Part shown: one piece after another, positions 26,996 to 32,000 of the stretch
Layout: every line of letters begins with the position of its first letter
Position numbering within the stretch: the stretch's first letter is position 1
Assembly (NCBI GenBank): GCA_942492995.1
Contig: OW818653.1
Location: forward strand, 270,001-302,000
Direction of reading: 5' to 3'
Source: an uncultured Erysipelotrichaceae bacterium
GTDB taxonomy: Bacteria > Bacillota_I > Bacilli_A > Erysipelotrichales > Erysipelotrichaceae
DNA length: 32,000 bases
Position numbers and translations under genes: made by a program
The notes under the pieces: model-generated
What the model was told of the DNA's origin: nothing
What the model saw: only the letters and a program-made list of their open reading frames with translations
Database searches by the model: none

Positions 26996-27766
26996 ATGAG
27001 AATACAACACAATATTATGGCGCTTAATGCGCACAGAAACTCAACGGTTAACCAAACCTCAGTTTCTAAAAACATGGAGAAACTATCTTCAGGTTACAGA
27101 ATTAATCGTGCAGGTGATGACGCAGCAGGTCTTTCAATTTCTGAAAAAATGCGTTCACAAATTCGTGGCCTTGATCAAGCTTCACGTAATGCGCAAGATG
27201 GCATTTCATTCATCCAAACAGCAGAAGGTGCATTAACTGAAGTATCAAGTATGTTAACTCGTGCAAAAGAACTACATGTTCAAAAAGCATCAGAAACGTA
27301 TAGTACAGAAGATATCGCAAACATTGATGCTGAATTAACTTCATTAGACGAAGAAATTACAAACATTTTAACTAATACTGAGTTTAATGGTGCAAATGTC
27401 TTCACATCTGCTGTATCTGTAGCTATCTCACATGATGCAACAGTAACATTGGATATTGCAGCAAGTACAGTTTCATCTTTATCGCTTGCAGGTGCAACTA
27501 CTGCAGGTGCTGTTGATGATCTAATTGATGATGTTAATACTCAACGAGCAGTTTATGGTTCTCAACAAAACCGTTTAGAACATACAATCAACAACTTAGG
27601 TACAACTTCTGAAAACCTAGTTGGCGCAGAATCCCGTATTCGTGATGTTGATATGGCTAAAGAAATGATGGAAATGACTAAGAATAACATCCTTGCACAA
27701 GCAGCTCAAGCAATGATCGCTCAAGCTAACCAACAACCACAAAACGTTTTACAACTATTACGTTAA
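26996..27766 (+). CDS. fliC: Flagellin (short, D0/D1-only type)
   Basis: MRIQHNIMALNAHRN...INRAGDDAAGLSISEKMRSQIRGL N-terminus and C-terminal AQAAQAMIAQANQQPQNVLQLLR. 256 aa. Confidence 0.95.
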   Translation: MRIQHNIMALNAHRNSTVNQTSVSKNMEKLSSGYRINRAGDDAAGLSISEKMRSQIRGLDQASRNAQDGISFIQTAEGALTEVSSMLTRAKELHVQKASETYSTEDIANIDAELTSLDEEITNILTNTEFNGANVFTSAVSVAISHDATVTLDIAASTVSSLSLAGATTAGAVDDLIDDVNTQRAVYGSQQNRLEHTINNLGTTSENLVGAESRIRDVDMAKEMMEMTKNNILAQAAQAMIAQANQQPQNVLQLLR

Positions 27767-27772
27767 TTGATT

Positions 27773-27799
27773 AGAACCACTGAAAAGTGGTTCTTTTCT
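27773..27799 (+). terminator. Rho-independent terminator of the flagellin gene
   Basis: AGAACCACT-GAAA-AGTGGTTCT followed by TTTCTT. Confidence 0.85.
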
Positions 27800-27826
27800 T
27801 AAGTTTTATTGAGAATAAACGATATA
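27800..27826 (+). promoter_or_regulatory. Near-consensus sigma-28 (FliA/SigD) promoter
   Basis: TAAG (27800-27803), exactly 15 nt, ACGATATA (27819-27826). Compare with the TAAA-N15-(G)CCGATAT consensus. Confidence 0.7.
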
Positions 27827-27855
27827 CTAGTAGAAGTCATTCGAAAAGAGAAATT

Positions 27856-29196
27856 ATGGCAGATTCATTAAAAATTAGTCCAACAATGATTAAACAACCT
27901 GCAGTATCAAGAAATCAACCTGATCCACAGGTTCCTTTTCAGATTAAAGATGTCACTAAAGTAAATAATCTAAATACTTCTAAACAAACTTCATCTCAGA
28001 ACCAAACATTATTAAACAGTGATGGACCTAAATTACTTCTTGATATCTTACGTGATCCAGAATCCACAACTCAATTTCTCCATAGTTTATATCTCTTACA
28101 AGAAGTTAATCAATTAATTCCGTTGGATAATTTGAGTTTAAATAGTGAGTTAGAATTGTTATTCCAATCGATATTTCTTAAATCAGATTCTCTTTTAACT
28201 GAATTATTAAATCAATCTAAACAAACAAGTGTATTTAAAGGTGAATTGTTTGATTGGATTAGAAACTTATTGGTTCAATATCCAATGAGTGAAAATAGTT
28301 TGATTCAATTATTGAAATCGATGAATCAAATAAAATCAAAACCACAGTATCGTGAAAGTTTATTAAACCAAGCTGAACATTTAGAACAAGAATTCATTAA
28401 TCCTAAACAGAATGAGAGTATTAAACAGTTTATTGATTCTCTACAAAATAATAGTGATCAATTGTCTAAACAATTAAAAGATATGATTCAAGTATTAGAG
28501 AAGAGTATTCTATATAATCCACAAACCCAAAAAAATCTTGGTATTATGCAGTACAATCTATCGAGATATATGATGGAAATAGATATAAATGATATTCTAG
28601 AATTATTTAAAGACGTATTAGCAGATGATTTCATACAATTTGAGATATTGGTTAAAGAATATATTAAACAACCGTATCAGAGTTTAAATACATCGAATAT
28701 GTTGGATAAGATAACGGAATTATTAGATAAACAGATAAAACATTCAAGTCAAATAGACATACCCTATAGAAAGTTAGAGAAGATAGTAATATCACTATTA
28801 TCTTCCCCATCAAATTTTGTGCCATTATTACACTTTATACTTCCTATGCAAGGCAATATACTACAAGCATATTCAGAAGTATGGGTAGATATAGAAGAAC
28901 CAAAGGTTAAATCTGATTCATCAATTCATGTATTATGTGCGATTGAAATAGAACAATTAGGGCACTTTGAAATCGAACTCTGGAATCGAAATAATTCCAT
29001 TAAAATAGATGTCTATTGTCCTGAATCACTCTTAGAACGATTCAAACCAATCATTTCGAAATTCTCAAAACATATATTAGATAGTACATACAATTTAGAT
29101 AATGTACATTTATTACCATTAACCCAAAAACGTTCATTAATGGATGTCTTTGAGCATTTAAGTCTAAAACAAAGTGGGTTAGATCAATATGCGTAA
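27856..29196 (+). CDS. Uncharacterised ~446-aa protein with a disordered polar N-terminus and a FliK-C-terminal-like (YlqG-like?) C-terminal region
   Basis: The ATG at 27856 lies downstream of the sigma-28 promoter, whereas the ORF-track start at 27787 lies in the terminator. The N-terminal ~70 aa are Q/N/S/T/P-rich. The C-terminal LLHFILPMQGNILQAYSEVWVD...IHVLCAIEIEQLGHFEIELWNRNNSIKIDVYCP loosely resembles the Flg_hook fold pattern. 8-nt overlap with the next gene. Confidence 0.5.
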   Translation: MADSLKISPTMIKQPAVSRNQPDPQVPFQIKDVTKVNNLNTSKQTSSQNQTLLNSDGPKLLLDILRDPESTTQFLHSLYLLQEVNQLIPLDNLSLNSELELLFQSIFLKSDSLLTELLNQSKQTSVFKGELFDWIRNLLVQYPMSENSLIQLLKSMNQIKSKPQYRESLLNQAEHLEQEFINPKQNESIKQFIDSLQNNSDQLSKQLKDMIQVLEKSILYNPQTQKNLGIMQYNLSRYMMEIDINDILELFKDVLADDFIQFEILVKEYIKQPYQSLNTSNMLDKITELLDKQIKHSSQIDIPYRKLEKIVISLLSSPSNFVPLLHFILPMQGNILQAYSEVWVDIEEPKVKSDSSIHVLCAIEIEQLGHFEIELWNRNNSIKIDVYCPESLLERFKPIISKFSKHILDSTYNLDNVHLLPLTQKRSLMDVFEHLSLKQSGLDQYA

Positions 29197-29458
29197 GAAA
29201 AATAAAGCTGTTGCCTTAAGCTATAACCTCACTAAAAATAGAGCTCCAATTGTTGTCGCAAGTGGCTATGGAGAGATCGCAAATCGGATAATTCATATCG
29301 GAGAAAAACAAGGAATACCAATCTATCAAGATGAACAAAGTGCTAGTATTTTATGCATGTTGAAGTTGGGACAAGAGATTCCAATCGAACTTTATGAATT
29401 AATCGCAAACTTATATGTAGAATTACTGAATCATGCCGAAATTGTGGTGGAAAAGTAA
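29189..29458 (+). CDS. FlhB C-terminal-domain paralog (YlqH / FlhX-like, EscU/YscU/FlhB family fragment)
   Basis: 89 aa. It aligns by eye with FlhB residues just after the NPTH site (KAVALSY..APIVVASGYGEIANRII.IGEKQGIPIYQDEQSASIL...EIPIELYELIANLY versus HYAIAVQY..APIILAKGMDSLALKIIEVAEKHNIPSIENKPLARGLY..EIPEKYYHAVAEVL). Confidence 0.8.
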   Translation: MRKKNKAVALSYNLTKNRAPIVVASGYGEIANRIIHIGEKQGIPIYQDEQSASILCMLKLGQEIPIELYELIANLYVELLNHAEIVVEK

Positions 29459-29534
29459 TAAAAAGCATCTTATAAGGTATAAAAAAATGCTCAAAAAGTG
29501 TAAAATTCTCTTATTGAATTCAGTGAGGTTACAC

Positions 29535-30305
29535 ATGAGTAGAGTGTTTACGATTACAAATCAAAAAGGTGGAGTTGGTAAAACAACAACGACAATAAAT
29601 CTTGCGTCATCTTTGAAATATAGAGGGTTTAAAGTATTAGTTATCGATATGGATCCACAAGGTAATTTATCCTTTTGTGTAAATGCAGATACTGTTTTAA
29701 GCGCAACAATCTATGAAGTCTTAAAAGGTGAAGTTAAGATGCAATACGCTATACAAAGAACAGGTATTGTGGATATCGTGGCAGCGAATATCTTACTTAG
29801 TGGAATAGAACTTGAATATACAACTGCGGGTCGTGAATTCTTACTTAAACAAGCAATTGCAGTTGTGAAGGATCATTATGATGTTGTATTAATTGATACG
29901 CCTCCTGGATTAGGAATCCTTACGATAAATGCGATGACCGCAAGTGATGGTATTGTCATACCGATGGTTGCGGATATCTTTAGCTTACAAGGTATCACTC
30001 AACTTTATGAGACAGTATTACAAGTTCGTAAATTCTCAAATCCTGATTTAGTAATTGAAGGTGTGTTGTTAAACAAATACAATTCAAGAATTCATTTAAA
30101 TAAAGAAGTAAAAGGCGCTGCGGAACTTGTCTTGAATGATTTGAAAGTTAAATTATTTAAAACGACCATTCGTTCTAGTATCACTGTCGCAGAAGCACAA
30201 TCGACACAAAAAGATCTTGTGACAGGATATAAACAAAATGGTGCTGCACTTGATTACATTAAATTCTCTAAAGAATTGATAAAAGGGGAAAAAGATGTCA
30301 AATAA
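29535..30305 (+). CDS. Orphan ParA/Soj-family P-loop ATPase
   Basis: Deviant Walker A ITNQKGGVGKTTTTINL, VLVIDMDPQGN, Walker B VVLIDTPPG. The ATG at 29535 follows GTGAGG. No parB-like gene is adjacent. Confidence 0.85.
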   Translation: MSRVFTITNQKGGVGKTTTTINLASSLKYRGFKVLVIDMDPQGNLSFCVNADTVLSATIYEVLKGEVKMQYAIQRTGIVDIVAANILLSGIELEYTTAGREFLLKQAIAVVKDHYDVVLIDTPPGLGILTINAMTASDGIVIPMVADIFSLQGITQLYETVLQVRKFSNPDLVIEGVLLNKYNSRIHLNKEVKGAAELVLNDLKVKLFKTTIRSSITVAEAQSTQKDLVTGYKQNGAALDYIKFSKELIKGEKDVK

Positions 30306-30684
30306 TCGCGCAATTGATAAAGAAGCAATGTATAAAAAAATCATGCCAAGTGCTGCTCAAAAAGAACGAGTTAGTGAAATGAGTGAAGAAACTCCAAATG
30401 TCACTAATACACCTAAAGTATCTTATTTTCAACCTAAGATACTCGTTAATTTGGCAGAACTAGCCGTAAAAGAACGTTTGAATGAAGCGCTGGATCGGTT
30501 TAAGTGTTGTGAATGTGATCGATGTATAAAGGATATACTCGCAATTGCGGTGAATACGTTACCACCAAAATATATTGTAAGAAGCGAACAAGATATCGCT
30601 ATTGAACTAAGAAAATATGAAGGTGATGTCGTTGGGGCACTCGTAAATGCAGTAATAACAGTAAAGAATAATCCAAGACACTAG
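30295..30684 (+). CDS. ComFB-family protein (late competence development protein ComFB domain)
   Basis: LVNLAELAVKERLNEALDRFKCCECDRCIKDILAIAVNTLPPKYI matches the ComFB Cys-cluster core. 11-nt overlap with the parA-like gene; RBS GGGGA. Confidence 0.75.
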   Translation: MSNNRAIDKEAMYKKIMPSAAQKERVSEMSEETPNVTNTPKVSYFQPKILVNLAELAVKERLNEALDRFKCCECDRCIKDILAIAVNTLPPKYIVRSEQDIAIELRKYEGDVVGALVNAVITVKNNPRH

Positions 30685-30695
30685 GGGGAAATGTT

Positions 30696-31310
30696 GTGTT
30701 GATTGATGAAGAATATCGATTTGCGAATTGTGAGCTTAGAACAATTAATAACGATTTATTAACAAAAGGTAAAATTATAAAAATTGGGAGTGATTTTCTA
30801 GAGATAAGTAATGAACTTGGTTCTACAAGTTTAAATCGATATGAAAAACGCATTAAAGTTATTATCAATCATGCATACTTGGAATCTAAAGTAATTGAAG
30901 GCGATTTATATATTCCGACGATGGAGTTCTTTCGTGTAATTGATACGAAAACAGTCATGGAAAAGGAACAACGTAATTTCTTTAGAGTCAATGTGAATAT
31001 AGATGCAGTAGCCGGAGTTGGACCTCGAGGGGGAGGACCGATTAAAAAGTATCCAGTTATAATCAATGATCTTAGTTTAAATGGTGCATTAATGATTACG
31101 AATACAATCATTGCACAACGCGCAAAAATAGAATTAACATTCGAAATCGATAATAATGAACTCATTCTTGATGGACAAGTCGTACGTTGTCGATTGAATT
31201 CCGATAATATGTATTGTTATGGAGTACGCTTTATTGATATCGATAATGCGAATTCTAATCTAATATGCCAATATTTGTTTAAAAAACAAAAAGAAGTAAT
31301 AGAAATTTAA
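30696..31310 (+). CDS. PilZ-domain c-di-GMP receptor, MotI(DgrA/YpfA)/YcgR-like
   Basis: RxxxR (QRNFFRVNV) and DxSxxG (INDLSLNGAL) c-di-GMP-binding motifs in the C-terminal half, and a YcgR-N-like beta-rich N-terminal half. 204 aa. GTG start 6 nt after GGGGGA. Confidence 0.8.
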   Translation: MLIDEEYRFANCELRTINNDLLTKGKIIKIGSDFLEISNELGSTSLNRYEKRIKVIINHAYLESKVIEGDLYIPTMEFFRVIDTKTVMEKEQRNFFRVNVNIDAVAGVGPRGGGPIKKYPVIINDLSLNGALMITNTIIAQRAKIELTFEIDNNELILDGQVVRCRLNSDNMYCYGVRFIDIDNANSNLICQYLFKKQKEVIEI

Positions 31311-31320
31311 TAAAAGTACT

Positions 31321-31347
31321 TAAGTTCTTCAAAAATAGTTCGATATA
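31321..31347 (+). promoter_or_regulatory. Near-consensus sigma-28 promoter for flgM
   Basis: TAAG (31321-31324), exactly 15 nt, TCGATATA (31340-31347). Confidence 0.75.
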
Positions 31348-31370
31348 ACTATAGAAGAACTTTATTTTTT
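31322..31370 (+). terminator. Terminator-like hairpin (9-bp stem, 23-nt loop, T-tract) overlapping the flgM promoter
   Basis: AAGTTCTTC (31322-31330) pairs with GAAGAACTT (31354-31362), followed by TATTTTTT. The loop is unusually large, so efficiency is uncertain. Confidence 0.5.
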
Positions 31371-31385
31371 AAGAAAGGGGTACAT

Positions 31386-31697
31386 ATGATGAAAATTAAT
31401 CCAAATAAAATTAGTCAAATATACCAAACAAAACCAAACACAACACACACTTCAAAAGAATCAAATACTATTAGTAATGTTGATAAAATTGAAGTACGTA
31501 ATCACTCTAAACAGAGTATTAAAATAAAAGATATCAAAAATGATTTAACACAAGCAATTAATTCAACTCATTCACAGGAAAAAATCAACTTGTTAAAAGA
31601 ACAAATCAAAAATGGACAATATGAAGTTAAACATAAACACGTAGCAGAAGCTATTATTGCGTTTAGTGAAACTATGTTGGGAGATAAACATGATTGA
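31386..31697 (+). CDS. flgM: Anti-sigma-28 factor FlgM
   Basis: 103 aa with a polar N-terminus and the C-terminal KINLLKEQIKNGQYEVKHKHVAEAII motif typical of FlgM. Sigma-28 promoter upstream. Confidence 0.85.
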   Translation: MMKINPNKISQIYQTKPNTTHTSKESNTISNVDKIEVRNHSKQSIKIKDIKNDLTQAINSTHSQEKINLLKEQIKNGQYEVKHKHVAEAIIAFSETMLGDKHD

Positions 31698-32000
31698 TCA
31701 TCAGAAATTAGTTCATTTTTTTGATGAATATACCTCTTTTTATGAATCAATGGTAAATGAAGAAAATAATAAACTAAAAATACTTTTATCGAATGATTTA
31801 AAATCGATTGAAGAAAATATTCTTGTTCAACAAGTAAACGCAAAACGTATGGAAAATATAGAGAATCGTAGAATCGCATTATTTGAAAGTATGAAACTTG
31901 GTCAATATAGTTTCAGACAAATTATTGATCTAGTGGAAGATAAAACAATTCTACAAGCGTATTATTCACGTATTGATTACGCAATTCAACAAATCAAGTA
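31690..32000 (+). CDS. flgN: FlgN-family flagellar chaperone (3'-truncated by the window edge)
   Basis: ATG at 31690 overlaps the flgM stop. The frame stays open to the window end (MIDHQKLVHFFDEYTSFYESMVNEENNKLKILL...), a helical protein in the flgM-flgN position as in B. subtilis yvyG. This ORF is not in the supplied track because it has no stop codon in the window. Confidence 0.65.
   Translation, partial: MIDHQKLVHFFDEYTSFYESMVNEENNKLKILLSNDLKSIEENILVQQVNAKRMENIENRRIALFESMKLGQYSFRQIIDLVEDKTILQAYYSRIDYAIQQIK

Noticed and set aside
27787-27855. Upstream N-terminal extensions offered by the ORF track (27787, 29433, 3099, 11309, 25904, 18874, 16743, 4073, 2620).
   Set aside because: The extensions begin at TTG or unsupported ATG codons inside terminators, promoters or the preceding gene. 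They add non-conserved residues, and in every case a downstream ATG or GTG has a proper Shine-Dalgarno sequence and a family-typical N-terminus.
29535-30305. ParA gene as part of a chromosome or plasmid partition (parAB-parS) locus or a mobile element.
   Set aside because: There is no ParB-like gene, no replication or integrase genes, and no repeats resembling parS nearby. The gene overlaps comFB and sits in a flagellar transcription context.
600-31879. Numerous 60-170-aa ORFs antisense to, or out of frame with, the large genes. Examples: 600-860, 3710-3937, 5525-5713, 8479-8707, 9558-9800, 10532-10798, 11081-11389, 12222-12428, 13688-14452, 15581-15763, 17827-18054, 18118-18564, 18752-18946, 19338-19550, 20690-20929, 21080-21364, 22240-22449, 24029-24298, 25416-25928, 27027-27236, 30153-30344, 30599-31165, 31568-31879.
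   Set aside because: Each lies entirely within, or opposite, a gene with strong family signatures. They have low-complexity, hydrophobic or Ser/Asn/Ile-rich translations typical of shadow ORFs in AT-rich DNA, and they lack convincing RBS motifs. I see no independent evidence that any is coding.
1-32000. CRISPR arrays, IS elements or transposases, integrases, prophage or defence-system genes, tRNA or rRNA genes.
   Set aside because: I saw no direct-repeat/spacer arrays, no terminal inverted repeats flanking transposase-like ORFs, no cloverleaf-capable GC-rich segments in intergenic regions, and no ORFs with nuclease, methylase or defence signatures.

Overview
AT-rich (GC judged by eye at about one third, not computed) Firmicutes-type chromosomal segment with no rRNA, tRNA, CRISPR or mobile-element signatures that I can see. 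Positions 1-4709 hold unrelated housekeeping and stress genes: a 5'-truncated helical-repeat protein, ferritin, a MATE efflux pump, a MerR/AdhR-type regulator with two MerR-style operator promoters, a small membrane protein, flavodoxin, and two small proteins. After a 413-bp AT-rich non-coding leader, positions 5123-26854 form one co-directional, tightly packed block of 27 flagellar genes with Clostridium-like order: flgB flgC fliE fliF fliG fliH fliI fliJ fliK flgD flg_new flgE flbD motA motB [FliN-domain protein] fliO fliP fliQ fliR flhB flhA fliA flgF flgG fliM fliY. I found no internal terminator, and several start and stop codons overlap. Next comes a monocistronic short flagellin gene whose leader carries CsrA-type GGA sites. 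It is followed by a sigma-28-headed unit encoding a FliK-C-like protein, an FlhB-C-terminal paralog, a Soj-type ParA ATPase, a ComFB-family protein and a MotI/YcgR-like PilZ protein. The window ends with sigma-28-driven flgM and a 3'-truncated flgN. Most of this is canonical flagellar biology. Several things deserve a second look: (i) the uncharacterised late operon at 27.8-31.4 kb, which couples a ruler/switch paralog pair to two putative cyclic-dinucleotide receptors and an orphan ParA; (ii) a switch complex with no recognisable CheY-docking peptide and no che genes in the cluster; (iii) an extra FliN-domain protein where fliL normally sits; (iv) no flhF/flhG between flhA and fliA; (v) duplicated Fur-box-like palindrome modules in the flgB leader. 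All family assignments come from reading the translations, and no database search was possible.
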